From an uncultured Anaerolineales bacterium (GTDB lineage: Bacteria; Chloroflexota; Anaerolineae; Anaerolineales; UBA11858), in assembly GCA_964618295.1 (NCBI GenBank), contig CAZTWV010000014.1, positions 1,288 to 65,287 of the forward strand: a DNA stretch of 64,000 nt, given 5' to 3'. The translations under genes and the position numbers were made by a program. This document shows positions 1 to 9,852 of the stretch, piece after piece. Numbering within the stretch: position 1 is the stretch's first letter; every line of letters starts with the position of its first letter. The notes beneath the pieces were generated by a model. That model searched no databases and had not been told where the DNA came from. It saw only the letters and a program-made list of their open reading frames with translations.

Positions 1-431
1 AGCTGGGGGAAATGGATGATGAAATCAAACTTATTCAGAAGCTTCAGTCCTTTGCCAGACGAAAAAAAACATCTGTTGAAGTGTATTTTGACCAGGCGCC
101 CCCCGGGAAAGCGGGCCGCCGGACCTACGGACGGGTGAAAGCAATTTTTGTCCGTCAGGGGGATACCGCAGATAACGCCATCCGCCGCAGACTGCTGGAG
201 CTTGGTAAACAAGCCAAAAACTGGACCACAGTTAGCAATGACCTTGAAGTTCAGTCCAGCGCCCGAACTGCTCTATCCCCTGTCCTGTCTTCTGGTCGAT
301 TTGCTCTCTTGACTCAATCGGCTGGGGATGCTGATTCAACCGGAGAAGACGGAAAACAATCTCCGCCGATCTCAGCAGAGGATCTGGACGATTGGATTGA
401 TTTTTTCTCAGGCGGCAGAGAAACTGTCTGA
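1..431 (+). CDS. NYN-domain (YacP/Rae1-like) putative ribonuclease; N-terminus lies outside the window
   Basis: The frame is open from nt 3. The segments VEVYFDQ, VKAIFVRQGDTADNAIRRRL and TTVSNDLEVQ follow the YacP pattern (VVFDA / vIFT..eTAD..I / vaTsD..eq). Confidence 0.5.
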   Translation, partial: LGEMDDEIKLIQKLQSFARRKKTSVEVYFDQAPPGKAGRRTYGRVKAIFVRQGDTADNAIRRRLLELGKQAKNWTTVSNDLEVQSSARTALSPVLSSGRFALLTQSAGDADSTGEDGKQSPPISAEDLDDWIDFFSGGRETV

Positions 432-450
432 GTGTGTCAAAATTATTCGG

Positions 451-1707
451 ATGAAGATAATCTTTACTCAATTTTTCGAAAAAATCAAATCTCTGCCCTG
501 GCTGTCCTGGATAGGATTTTTTTTGTTTGTCTCCTTGATGGCTGCCGGATATTACTACAACCTGACTTTTGTCCAGCTTGGACTGCTGGATTTAGGAACG
601 GGTCAGGTAGGCCTGACTCGCGTCTCAGTTGCCTGGATTCTCTCGTTACTGGCAGTGCTGACCTGCCTGGTTTCGCTGGGGTTTGGCTGGTGGATGAACC
701 AGAAAGGCTGGGGGTTTGAACTGCTGTTCAAGCTGAGGGCGGCTTTTGGAATTGTCAGTCTGCAGACTATTTTGACTTATCTGGCTCCAGGAATTCAATC
801 CCCAACCGGATTTATTACATGGGTCGTATTTTGTTCGTTCGCGCTGGGAATTGGTGTTCCGGTGACTTTCAGCCTTGCAGTGGATCTTATCCCCCGCGCC
901 AGCCGGGGAGCAGCGGGAGCCTGGATTACCGGGTTGGCTTATCTGGGGGCAAATTTACTGCCTGCATCCTGGACGATTGAGGATTTTTCCCGCCCATTAC
1001 TGCTCTTGACGCCGATTGGGGTCCTTGGATTGGGTTTGCTGGCTTTTTATCCCTTTCCCTGGTTAAAAGACCTGGAAAATCTTGGGGATGATCCCAGTTT
1101 TTCACAAGGCAGGTATATCCGTCAGGTTGATGCCCGCTTTATTGCCCTGATAGTATTAATGTTTGGGGTGTTCTTTACCGACAGTCTGGGTTTCTTAAGG
1201 CTGCTGGAAACCCCGGTCTTTATGATCAATGCCTGGCAGTCCAGGGAAATTGGAGTGCGTTTGCTGATCGGGGTAGTCCATTTTCTGGCCGCGGTGATCG
1301 GCGGCGTTTTGTACAAAAATTTAGATGTCCGGGAATTATTTTTCTGGATTTTTGGTATCTTCGCCCTGACCCATTTGATCTCCAGTTTTCAGATCCGCAC
1401 GAATGCGAACACGGTTCCCCTGGCGATGACAATTCTTTACGCAATCTCAGTCAGTCTTTACACAGTTGTCAATTTCTCGCTCTGGGCAGACCTGTCCACT
1501 CCGGAAACAATTGGTTTGAATGCTGCTCTGGGAGTTTCACTCTCCGGCTGGACAGCGACTTTTCTAAGTACAGCTTTGTCGATCTGGATGTCTGGTGCCG
1601 GGATAGGGTTGGAACGCCACCTGAATATCACGGATGCAATCGCAATGCTGTTCTTTTTAGGATTAATCCTGACAGGTTTGTTTTCACCCCGGAGGTTGGA
1701 AGGATGA
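451..1707 (+). CDS. polytopic integral membrane protein, MFS-like transporter (family uncertain)
   Basis: Within ORF 328..1707, the ATG at 451 (MKIIFTQFF) avoids overlap with the upstream gene. About 12 hydrophobic segments fall in two halves. The stop overlaps the next start (ATGA, 1704-1707). Confidence 0.5.
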   Translation: MKIIFTQFFEKIKSLPWLSWIGFFLFVSLMAAGYYYNLTFVQLGLLDLGTGQVGLTRVSVAWILSLLAVLTCLVSLGFGWWMNQKGWGFELLFKLRAAFGIVSLQTILTYLAPGIQSPTGFITWVVFCSFALGIGVPVTFSLAVDLIPRASRGAAGAWITGLAYLGANLLPASWTIEDFSRPLLLLTPIGVLGLGLLAFYPFPWLKDLENLGDDPSFSQGRYIRQVDARFIALIVLMFGVFFTDSLGFLRLLETPVFMINAWQSREIGVRLLIGVVHFLAAVIGGVLYKNLDVRELFFWIFGIFALTHLISSFQIRTNANTVPLAMTILYAISVSLYTVVNFSLWADLSTPETIGLNAALGVSLSGWTATFLSTALSIWMSGAGIGLERHLNITDAIAMLFFLGLILTGLFSPRRLEG

Positions 1708-2615
1708 GAAAATCTTCTTGGCTGATTCTGGTTTTGCTAGTCCTGATTTTAGGCCCAGGCTGCTCAGCGGATGGTGTTTATACCCTGAAAATCATCGATC
1801 AGGGCAGTCTGACGGTTTCTTCCCGGGAACTGCTGACTGCGGATGTCCTCCTGCTGGACGGCGTGCTGGTCATTGAAGAAGGTGGAACTCTGACCGGATC
1901 AATCTATCAGCTGCTGGGGGAGATTCAGCTCGATGGAACGCTGGCTGGGGATCTGACCCAATGGAGCGGGAATCTCCTTCTGGGCCCAGACTCATTAATT
2001 ACAGGGAACTACTCTCGAAGCGGGGGCGGTTTGGAGAGAAAAGAGGGTTCCAAAGTTAGCGGTGAATTTATTGAGCCGGAAATCCGTTTATCTCCCGGGG
2101 AATGGCTGCGACAAAATCTCAAACAACAGCTGGTGTGGTCTGCGGTCCAAATTCTTCTGCTGGGTGGGGCAGCTCTGGGATTGAGCCGCTGGTTTCCGCG
2201 CGGCATCGATCGTGTTCGGGATGCAGTCCAAAATCAAATCTGGGTTTGTCTGGCAATGGGGTCCCTGGTGGGAATTGTTGGAATAACCCTCCTGGTGCAG
2301 ATGGCTTTCACGATTATCTTGATTCCAGTGACATTCCTGGGATTGTTAGTGATGGCGGTCGGAATTGCAGCAGGATGGATTGGGTTCGGAGGATGGTTGG
2401 GAGCCCAACTGAGTAGCTGGTTGGGTTTCAGGTGGTCTCGTTCCATAGAAAATACAACCGGAACAATTCTCTTACTGCTGATTCTAACCCTATTGAATCA
2501 GGTTCCTCTCTTTGGCGGTTTACTGCTTGCCGTGATCAGCCTGATCTCCCTGGGAGCGGTATTTTTGACCCGGTTTGGGATCCGGAAATTTCAACCTGCT
2601 CCTCTGGATCCATAA
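1704..2615 (+). CDS. membrane protein with N-terminal signal peptide, Gly/Leu-repeat (bactofilin-like beta-helix?) ectodomain and C-terminal TM bundle
   Basis: ORF with signal-like MRKSSWLILVLLVLILGPGCSA. It has repetitive G-x-L-x-G segments and 4-5 hydrophobic helices at the C-terminus. It is translationally coupled to the upstream gene. Confidence 0.45.
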   Translation: MRKSSWLILVLLVLILGPGCSADGVYTLKIIDQGSLTVSSRELLTADVLLLDGVLVIEEGGTLTGSIYQLLGEIQLDGTLAGDLTQWSGNLLLGPDSLITGNYSRSGGGLERKEGSKVSGEFIEPEIRLSPGEWLRQNLKQQLVWSAVQILLLGGAALGLSRWFPRGIDRVRDAVQNQIWVCLAMGSLVGIVGITLLVQMAFTIILIPVTFLGLLVMAVGIAAGWIGFGGWLGAQLSSWLGFRWSRSIENTTGTILLLLILTLLNQVPLFGGLLLAVISLISLGAVFLTRFGIRKFQPAPLDP

Positions 2616-2719
2616 GATGTCCAACAAAGTATATATTTTTTTGCTGACTTTCAGTTTTCCTTAAGCCTGTTAATTTGTAATGATTTCAGCTTGAAAAATA
2701 TTCAAAAGGAGCCCACCGG

Positions 2720-3895
2720 ATGAAAATTTTCACCGTGGACATCGGCACCGGGACCCAGGATATATTCCTCTATAACTCAGAACTGGATCTTGAAAATGGT
2801 TTCAAATTGGTTGTGCCGTCCCCGACCATGATGGTCTACCGGCGCATTCAGGAAGCGACCCGGCGAGGAGATCCAATTTTGCTGACCGGGGTCACCATGG
2901 GGGGAGGGCCGAGCCATTGGGCAGCTCGCGATCACGCGGCAGCCGGTTTCCCGGTCTTCGCCACGGAAGATGCCGCCAGAACTTTTGACGATGATTTGAG
3001 TAAGGTCCAGGAAGAGGGAATTGAAATTATCAGCAGGGATGAAATTTCTACCCTGCCTGGATCCCCGGCTGAGCTCGAGCTGCGGGACTTTGATTTTCCG
3101 GCCATCCAGCGCTCATTGGGTCAATTCGGGGTTGATTTAACCGATCTGGATGCGGCTGCGGCAGCAGTTTTTGATCACGGGGCGGCTCCTCCCGAGATCT
3201 CAGACCGGCAGTTTCGTTTTGATTACCTGGCCGAGCGGCTACCGCTGGGAGAGCCTCCGGGAGCAGAACGGATTTCACCGCTCAGCCAGCTTGCTTTCCT
3301 GCGGGGTGAGATCCCGGAGGAGATGACCCGGCTCAAAGCTGTCGAGATTTCAGCATCCGATCTGGACGCGCCGCTGGTAATCATGGATACCGCACCTGCT
3401 GCGGTCCTTGGGGCGCTTCTTGATCCGCATCTCCAGGCCCGGGAGCGGGTCCTGGCTGCAAATATCGGAAATTTCCACACTCTGGCTTTTCGTTTCAACC
3501 AGGGGGCTGTTGAAGGGGTGTTTGAACATCACACCGGGCTGCTGGAACCATCGGAGATTGAAGGTTTACTGAGAAAATTTGCGTCAGGAGAACTGACCCA
3601 TCAGGATGTGTTTGGCGATCATGGCCATGGAGCGATGCTGAATCCGGAATCGGATCCTTATCTGTTTGGAGTGGATGATTTTGATCTGGCTGTAACCGGT
3701 CCCCGCAGAAGCTTGATCAGAGAAACTTCCCTCCGGTCTTTTTTCCCTGCTCCTTTCGGGGATATGATGCTGGTGGGGTGTTTTGGATTGTTAGCGGCAG
3801 CGGCAGATCTGCTGCCGGAGATACGGGAGACCGTTCTGGCTTCCCTGCGCGGAGGAGGAGGGAGAGGGACACCTCCCTGGGAAATATCAGGTTAA
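2720..3895 (+). CDS. DUF1786-like / ASKHA (actin-Hsp70-sugar kinase)-fold protein
   Basis: RBS aaaaggag lies upstream. The N-terminal MKIFTVDIGTGTQDIFLY resembles the phosphate-1 loop (DxGxT) of ASKHA proteins and the DUF1786 family N-terminus. Confidence 0.45.
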   Translation: MKIFTVDIGTGTQDIFLYNSELDLENGFKLVVPSPTMMVYRRIQEATRRGDPILLTGVTMGGGPSHWAARDHAAAGFPVFATEDAARTFDDDLSKVQEEGIEIISRDEISTLPGSPAELELRDFDFPAIQRSLGQFGVDLTDLDAAAAAVFDHGAAPPEISDRQFRFDYLAERLPLGEPPGAERISPLSQLAFLRGEIPEEMTRLKAVEISASDLDAPLVIMDTAPAAVLGALLDPHLQARERVLAANIGNFHTLAFRFNQGAVEGVFEHHTGLLEPSEIEGLLRKFASGELTHQDVFGDHGHGAMLNPESDPYLFGVDDFDLAVTGPRRSLIRETSLRSFFPAPFGDMMLVGCFGLLAAAADLLPEIRETVLASLRGGGGRGTPPWEISG

Positions 3896-3908
3896 AATTG
3901 GCATCAAA

Positions 3909-5777
3909 TCAGGAAAGCAGACCCCGGCTGTCACCGACACAATTTTCAGATCCCAGAATGGTTAATTGATCCCCGGAACGGAGGATGGTGGACCCGCGGG
4001 GCACAATCAACTCCCCATCTTTCCGGACTGCTACCACCAGCAGGTCGTTGGGGAATTCTACTTCCCGCAGCGGACGGTTGAGATAAACTGGGTTGTGAAC
4101 GGGAATTTCACACATATCCCGGTCATCATCTGTCCGGGTCAGCAGCTCATACATGGTGGGGTTGCGGACTAAGAGACCAAGCAGGATAGCCTGGTCCGTT
4201 GCTGAGTTAAGCGGAGTGACCCCGATTTTTTCAAAGCGGCTGATTTCACCGGGTTCGGTAACTCGGGAAACTACCTGGTCAATTCCATAGGTGGTGCGGG
4301 CCCGGCTGCAAATCTTGTAATTTTTTTCGACATCACTGTAGACGCAAACCAGGCGGTTTGCTTCATTTAAATATTCCTCGGTGGTTATATCATAGCGATC
4401 AGTCTGGGCTTGAAAGGCGAGGAGATCGTGCCTGCGGGCTCGTTCAACCCGGGCCTGGTCCTCATCGAAAAGCACAACTGGATCACCATGGCTGGCGATA
4501 TACTGACCGACCTGTAAGCCCACGGGTCCGGCCCCCATCACAACTGTTGGAATTTGTGTCATCTGCTGGCGGACCGGGACCAGTTTGCTGAAGAGCATAG
4601 GGGCTGCAATTACGCTGATAATTGCTACCAGAATCACAGCTGCGTTGACCGGTTCGGTGATCACGCCAATCCGCAGGCCGATGGCAGAGGCAGCAATGAT
4701 CAGGGACAGCCGGGCGGAAAGCAGGGATCCGGCACCCAGGGTTTGCTTCCAGCTGAAATTCCGCTTAAATATCAAACTGGGAAGAAGTTTGACTGCGGCG
4801 GCCGCAAATAGGAGCAGGGGAACCAGCAGCAAAGTGCTGTTTGAACTGAGAAGCGAGGAGAGATTGAAATCCACTCCGACCATGATAAAAAAGATTGGAA
4901 TGAAAAAGCCGTAGCCAATTGCGTCCAGCTGGCGGAATAAATCGGCATCTTCCGGACGGCTGAGGAGAGAGATAATTGCCCCGGCCAGGAAAGCACCCAG
5001 AATGATCTCAGTTCCCAGCATCTCCGCCAGGGCCACAAAGATCAGCATGATGGTAAACGCGGCCCGGACTTTGATCTGGGCTGTGGCGGAGCTGAGTTCA
5101 TCCACCAACCGCCGCACACCTGTGAATCGTTCTAAAATTCTTTCACCAACATAATAAAAAACAAAAAATGCCACAAAAAGCAGACCGATCAGCAGGATAT
5201 CCAGGGTTAAACCCTGGGAGAGAGCTGCCACCACAACTGTAATCAGCAGCATGGTTACAAAATCCGCAATTAATGCGGAGATCAGTACCGTCTGCCCAAA
5301 TCGTCCGCTGTTGAGCCCCTTTTCTTTCAAGACCGGGACTACCACACCCAGGGAGGTGGTGGAGAGGATCAGGGCGATCATCCAGGGATTGGAGACCAGC
5401 TCCATCCGGGTGAAAACCAGGCCGAATCCAGTGGAAAGAATCAGCGTCAGCAGAAAGACAATCCCGGCCAGGGTGACAGGACTGGTCGGCTGATCAGGAT
5501 TTTTTTTGCTGTCCGAGAATAGTTCCAGGCTTGAAAAATCCAGCTCCATCCCCGACAGAAACATCAAGAAAACAAAACCCAGCTCCGAGAGCAGGTCCAG
5601 GACTACTTCTGAGTGGTGGACCCATCCGAATCCGGTCCGGCCCACAATAATCCCGATAATGATTTCACCCACCACAATTGGAACCGGGAAGTTGCGGACC
5701 CGGGAGAGCAGGATCGGGACCAGAAAAGCCAAAAAAATTACAATTAATAATGGTAAAAATGATATGCTTTCTTCCAT
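3909..5777 (-). CDS. cation:proton antiporter (CPA2/Kef-type) with C-terminal RCK (TrkA-N and TrkA-C) domains
   Basis: 622-aa ORF. The N-terminal ~400 aa are polytopic (Na_H exchanger-like). This is followed by a Rossmann segment VVMGAGPVGLQVGQYIASHG...VVLFDED and a TrkA-C-like tail (LREVEFPNDLLVVAVRKDGELIVPRGSTILRSGDQLTILG). Confidence 0.8.
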   Translation of the reverse strand: MEESISFLPLLIVIFLAFLVPILLSRVRNFPVPIVVGEIIIGIIVGRTGFGWVHHSEVVLDLLSELGFVFLMFLSGMELDFSSLELFSDSKKNPDQPTSPVTLAGIVFLLTLILSTGFGLVFTRMELVSNPWMIALILSTTSLGVVVPVLKEKGLNSGRFGQTVLISALIADFVTMLLITVVVAALSQGLTLDILLIGLLFVAFFVFYYVGERILERFTGVRRLVDELSSATAQIKVRAAFTIMLIFVALAEMLGTEIILGAFLAGAIISLLSRPEDADLFRQLDAIGYGFFIPIFFIMVGVDFNLSSLLSSNSTLLLVPLLLFAAAAVKLLPSLIFKRNFSWKQTLGAGSLLSARLSLIIAASAIGLRIGVITEPVNAAVILVAIISVIAAPMLFSKLVPVRQQMTQIPTVVMGAGPVGLQVGQYIASHGDPVVLFDEDQARVERARRHDLLAFQAQTDRYDITTEEYLNEANRLVCVYSDVEKNYKICSRARTTYGIDQVVSRVTEPGEISRFEKIGVTPLNSATDQAILLGLLVRNPTMYELLTRTDDDRDMCEIPVHNPVYLNRPLREVEFPNDLLVVAVRKDGELIVPRGSTILRSGDQLTILGSENCVGDSRGLLS

Positions 5778-5823
5778 TTAGATTCCTTGATTGATTCCGG
5801 AGATTTTTATTCTAAAAATTTTT

Positions 5824-6747
5824 TCAAGCCTGGTGTTGGCTGCTGAGAGCCCGGACCTGCTCGGCCGCATGGTAGGAGGAGCGCACCAGCGGAGCGCTTT
5901 CCACCCAGCGGAAACCAAGCGAAAGTCCGTACTCTTTGAGCTGCTCGAATTCCTCCGGAGTGTAATAACGATCAATCGGCAGGTGGTGTTTGGAGGGCTG
6001 CAGGTACTGTCCAATGGTCAGAATATCAACATCCCAGCTCCGGATATCCTCCATCGTTTTTCGAACCTGGTTTATCGATTCTCCCAATCCGACCATTAAA
6101 CCGGATTTTGTCAGTGCATCGGGATCTAGCTTTTTAGCGTTGACCAGGGTGTCTCTGGAGTGTTGATAATTGCTCTGGGGCTGCACTTCCCGGAACAGCT
6201 CCGGAACCGTTTCAACATTATGGTTCAAAATTTCTGGATGAGCGTCCATCACTATTTTCAGGGCTTCCAGGCTGCCTTTAAAGTCGGGAATCAGAACTTC
6301 CACAGAGCATTCCGGGGTCAGCTCGCGGATGCGGCGGATCAGCATAGCAAAGATCGGAGCTCCACCGTCCCGCCGTTCATCGCGGTTAACGCTGGTGATG
6401 ACCGCATGGGAAAGCGCCATCTCCTGGATGGTGCGGGCAGTTCGCTCCGGTTCCTCCCAATCCAGGGATCCGGGTTTGCCGTGCTTGACATCACAGAATT
6501 TACAGGCCCGGGTGCAGACATCTCCCAGCAGCAGGAAAGTGGCAGTACCGGCACCCCAGCATTCGGAGCGGTTGGGGCACATTGCTTCCTGGCAGACTGT
6601 GTGCAGCTCCGAGGAGTGCATCAGGGAATTGATTTCTCGGTAATTTTTGCTTTTATCAATTTTCACCTTCAGCCAGCGGGGCCGCCGCTGGGGTGTGGTG
6701 TCTATTTTTTCTGGATTGACCCGATTCCGGGTGGGTGGTTTTACCAT
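5824..6747 (-). CDS. lipA: lipoyl synthase
   Basis: Both LipA cysteine clusters are present: [12 protein letters not shown] (CxxxxCxxxxxC) and the radical-SAM [10 protein letters not shown] (CxxxCxxC). The length and remaining sequence are typical of LipA. Confidence 0.93.
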   Translation of the reverse strand: MVKPPTRNRVNPEKIDTTPQRRPRWLKVKIDKSKNYREINSLMHSSELHTVCQEAMCPNRSECWGAGTATFLLLGDVCTRACKFCDVKHGKPGSLDWEEPERTARTIQEMALSHAVITSVNRDERRDGGAPIFAMLIRRIRELTPECSVEVLIPDFKGSLEALKIVMDAHPEILNHNVETVPELFREVQPQSNYQHSRDTLVNAKKLDPDALTKSGLMVGLGESINQVRKTMEDIRSWDVDILTIGQYLQPSKHHLPIDRYYTPEEFEQLKEYGLSLGFRWVESAPLVRSSYHAAEQVRALSSQHQA

Positions 6748-6752
6748 GTTAA

Positions 6753-7205
6753 TTAATCCAATTGTGAAGTGCAGTGCGGGCAGCGGGTGGCACCGATGGG
6801 AATGGTGCTCAGGCAGTAGGGGCAGTCGCGGGTCTTGGGTGCAGGTGTTTCTTCCTCTTCCTGTTTGCGCTGCAGGCGGTTAATCCCGCGTACCAGCAGA
6901 AACATCACCAGGGATACAATTATAAAGCTGACCAGTGCGTTGATGAACAGCCCGTAATTGACGGTCACAGCCCCGGCTGCTTGCGCGTCCGCCAGCGTCG
7001 GGTAGGGTCCAGAAGGTGCCCCGGCTTTTAACGTCCAGTAAAAGTTCTCAAAGTCCACGCCACCGAGTGCTAAACCAATCGGCGGCATGATTAAATCATC
7101 AACCAGAGATTTGACGATCGAACTGAAAGCGGCTCCGATGATGATTCCGACAGCGAGGTCGACCACGCTTCCTCGCAGGGCAAATTCCTTGAATTCTTTT
7201 AACAT
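6753..7205 (-). CDS. mscL: large-conductance mechanosensitive channel MscL with C-terminal zinc-ribbon extension
   Basis: [44 protein letters not shown] is near-identical in pattern to the E. coli MscL N-terminus. I place the start at the ATG at 7205 (the ORF track begins at 7253). The tail is CPYC-x11-CPHC. Confidence 0.88.
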   Translation of the reverse strand: MLKEFKEFALRGSVVDLAVGIIIGAAFSSIVKSLVDDLIMPPIGLALGGVDFENFYWTLKAGAPSGPYPTLADAQAAGAVTVNYGLFINALVSFIIVSLVMFLLVRGINRLQRKQEEEETPAPKTRDCPYCLSTIPIGATRCPHCTSQLD

Positions 7206-7438
7206 ATGTATATCTCCAACTCTTTCTGCTGTACCATCTGGATTATATCTCAAGAATTTTCAGGTGGGGGCAGACGCTGTTCTCACCGTATTCTAGTCCT
7301 GCGGGTGATTATTTAATATGATTTACACAGGTTTTTATGCAACGTTAATCTCACCCGCTTTACATCTTACCCATGCATCCTATAATGTGCCCGCAAGAAA
7401 GTCAACTGAAAATCGAAATTATTTCCGCAAGGAGGTTT

Positions 7439-7969
7439 ATGCGCAGGATTGTTAACGTAACGACAGGATTACTGATTTCAACCTTATTTTTATTGGCCCT
7501 GGCAGGCTGCGGTCTGATGCCTAAAAATCCTGAATTGAGGGAGGTTATGAGGTTGACAGACACTCCCGCAGCATCAGATCTGCCGGTCAATGACCAGACT
7601 CCCGGTCTGGGTAATAGTCCCACCCACTCACTCCAGGCTACAAATACAAAACAACCCACCAAACAGAACACCCAAGAAGTGGGTATCCAGCCGGAAATCT
7701 CAATTTCTCCCCGGACGATCTCTCAAGGAGCGAAAATTCAAATTCAAGGCCGGGGATTTCCATCCGGAGCTGAGGTTCGGCTGGGTTTTGGGAGAGTAAA
7801 TTCCGAATTTGATCTGATTTATAAGACTCAAGCAACTCAGGAAGGAGATTTCAAAACAGAACTTGAGGTACCGGAATTTGTCAATCCGGAAGACAGCTGG
7901 GTGGTAGTGGCAGCTGCGGATAACCTGAGGATCAAAGTGTTTACGGATCCAATCCAATTCAATGGGTGA
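7439..7969 (+). CDS. lipoprotein of unknown function
   Basis: RBS aaggagg lies 4 nt upstream of the ATG at 7439. There is a signal peptide with lipobox LLALAGC, a low-complexity T/Q/P linker and then a beta-rich domain. Confidence 0.6.
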   Translation: MRRIVNVTTGLLISTLFLLALAGCGLMPKNPELREVMRLTDTPAASDLPVNDQTPGLGNSPTHSLQATNTKQPTKQNTQEVGIQPEISISPRTISQGAKIQIQGRGFPSGAEVRLGFGRVNSEFDLIYKTQATQEGDFKTELEVPEFVNPEDSWVVVAAADNLRIKVFTDPIQFNG

Positions 7970-8078
7970 GAAATATACCCTTTAGAAATTTTACAGCGCT
8001 GTTCGGTTTACCCCGGGCAGCGTTATTTTTTTGTTATTATCAATATCAGGGTACAAAAAATATTCAAAGGAGATTCTC

Positions 8079-8609
8079 ATGAAAAAGGCCGTGATCCTGG
8101 CTTCATTGATATTTCTGGTTGGCTGCAGTGCGTAAGCAGATCTGGAAAATGCTCTGGCGACCTCAAGCGCAGTTGAGCAGCAGCTTGAGGAGCGGGATTC
8201 CCGGATTTCTGATCTCGAGCTTCAGATTGAGGATTTAACTGGAGAGCTGGCGGAGCTGGAAGCAGAGAGTACCGCACTCCAATCCGCTCCAGAGGAAGAG
8301 AGTGCCGAATCTGGAGTTTACCTCTGCGAGGAACAGATTGAGACCATGAAATACGGCTCACCTTCGACAGCGATTGCTGTTCTGGAAGGCTGGTTTGCCC
8401 TTCAGCCCTGGGTCCAGGAGCTGCAGGGGACCTATTCGACCACATTCTGGAATGATGTCAATTCCCGGGTTCACACCATCCGCTATATAGATGCCCGGGA
8501 CGGCCTGTCCACGACCTCCAATTTCTTGATCATGTTCGAGGAAGCGGGCTGGAGGCAGGGTGTGCTGTGGATGACGGAGCAGTGCTGGCTGGATTCTCCC
8601 CATGAATAG
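8079..8609 (+). pseudogene. lipoprotein gene interrupted by an in-frame TAA at codon 19 (8133-8135)
   Basis: RBS aaggag precedes the ATG at 8079, which encodes MKKAVILASLIFLVGCSA followed by TAA. The same frame then stays open to 8609 (ADLENALA... coiled coil ... MKYGSPS...DSPHE). ORF 8346..8609 in the track is the tail of this frame. Confidence 0.6.
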
Positions 8610-8665
8610 CCCTGCATGGAATTGACGAAGCGGGGGCGGTTTGTTATAATCACTGCGCTGAAAAA

Positions 8666-8737
8666 GCGGGTGTGGCCAAGTGGTAAGGCATCAGCCTTCC
8701 AAGCTGACATTCACGGGTTCGAATCCCGTCACCCGCT
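8666..8737 (+). tRNA. tRNA-Gly (anticodon UCC)
   Basis: Manual cloverleaf: acceptor gcgggtg/cacccgc, anticodon stem tcagc/gctga with loop cTTCCaa, T-arm acggg-ttcgaat-cccgt. No CCA is encoded. Confidence 0.8.
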
Positions 8738-8764
8738 CTTTTTGTTCTCAAAGGGGGGAACTGC

Positions 8765-8837
8765 GGGCCCGTAGCTCAGCGGTCAGAGCGAGCGGCTCAT
8801 AACCGCCAGGTCGCAGGTTCGAATCCTGCCGGGCCCA
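8765..8837 (+). tRNA. tRNA-Met (anticodon CAU; elongator type, a lysidine-modified Ile2 cannot be excluded)
   Basis: Acceptor gggcccg/cgggccc, D-arm gctc-agcggtca-gagc, anticodon loop ctCATaa, T-arm gcagg-ttcgaat-cctgc. The 1:72 G-C pair argues against an initiator. Confidence 0.8.
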
Positions 8838-8838
8838 T
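8823..8838. repeat. attL-like direct repeat (3' end of tRNA-Met)
   Basis: atcctgccgggcccat is repeated exactly at 12925..12940. Confidence 0.75.
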
Positions 8839-8855
8839 AAAAAACATTAAAAAAT

Positions 8856-8888
8856 GACCCTTTTTGTGCCAGAACGGGTCGTTTTTTT
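8856..8888 (+). terminator. possible Rho-independent terminator after the tRNA pair
   Basis: Short stem gaccc/gggtc followed by gttttttt. The stem is weak (5 bp) and the loop is long. Confidence 0.35.
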
Positions 8889-9013
8889 GATTAAATCGAG
8901 CCCCTTTTTTATCATTCATTTAAGATTTCCATGATCCTTTTTAGCTTGTTCTCTTCTGTTGATAGAGGGCAGGGCCATCCCCAGTAGGGGTGCGGGAAAT
9001 GGCTGATTTTCCA

Positions 9014-9202
9014 TTACTGACCTTCTCTAACGAGAAGGCCTGTTGCCTCTTCTTTCCAGGCACTACCAAAAGGCCCATTTCCTCCAAAAATGAGAACGAT
9101 TTCCAGCGCAGCTAGGTTTTCCTGTTGGTCCGTAGCAATAATTTGGAGCCCGGCATCAGACAGCATTGGCTGCATCTTGATAAAAGAATCTTGAAATTGC
9201 AT
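9014..9202 (-). CDS. hypothetical small protein (island cargo)
   Basis: ORF only; no recognisable motifs. Confidence 0.25.
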   Translation of the reverse strand: MQFQDSFIKMQPMLSDAGLQIIATDQQENLAALEIVLIFGGNGPFGSAWKEEATGLLVREGQ

Positions 9203-9237
9203 AATGGAAGGTGTGTGCTCCGTTGTAGGAGGTAGCC

Positions 9238-9459
9238 TTACGCTTTTAGGTAATCTTTATCGTGCAAGGCAAGCACAAAGCTCCGACTGACATTCTCTGG
9301 CGATATCTCTGGGAGGTAGTTTTGCTCCCTTTGAAATCCGAAGTAGCTGACTAATGCATCGATCACCAGCATGAGGATAAAAATCAAAATGCCTTGCAGG
9401 AATCGGTCTTGTCGCATATCGGACAGCCTCCTGAGATTAAGCTTGGTGACAGTTTCCAC
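9238..9459 (-). CDS. hypothetical small membrane protein (island cargo)
   Basis: ORF with one hydrophobic helix (FLQGILIFILMLVIDALVSYF). Confidence 0.3.
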   Translation of the reverse strand: METVTKLNLRRLSDMRQDRFLQGILIFILMLVIDALVSYFGFQREQNYLPEISPENVSRSFVLALHDKDYLKA

Positions 9460-9852
9460 GCTTCAGAAGAGAGCCGTCATCATGCTTGTTATCAACGGAC
9501 CTCAGAGTATCCCCATATCCGTTGCAATTGATTAATCGTACTAATTGCTAAAAAGATGGGGTGTGATGTCAATTATGATTCCAAAGAACGCTGGAAAATT
9601 GCAAACCTTATCTACCAGGGTTCTTTAGAATAATCTGGAGCGACCACATTTTTAGGAAACTCTAAAGCTGGTGTGATGAGGAGTGTCTAAACTTCAATTT
9701 GTATGGACTGGATGAGAGATATTTTCCCCTAGATCTTGAGATGGTGGATAGCTATTTGGAAAATGTAAAGATAGGTGGAGAATTAACCTGGAAAGGAAAG
9801 CATCGCTACTTGATCTCTCAGTGGTTGGTGCCAGAAAGAAACCACGCGGGGG

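Noticed and set aside
8077-8445. 122-aa minus-strand ORF.
   Set aside because: It overlaps the plus-strand lipoprotein frame, which has an RBS, signal peptide and lipobox. The minus-strand ORF is Pro/Ser/Gln-rich with no start context, so it is a shadow of the interrupted lipoprotein gene.
8765-8837. The CAU tRNA as initiator tRNA-fMet.
   Set aside because: It has a paired 1:72 position (G-C) and lacks the three consecutive G-C pairs at the base of the anticodon stem. It is therefore elongator Met, or possibly Ile2.
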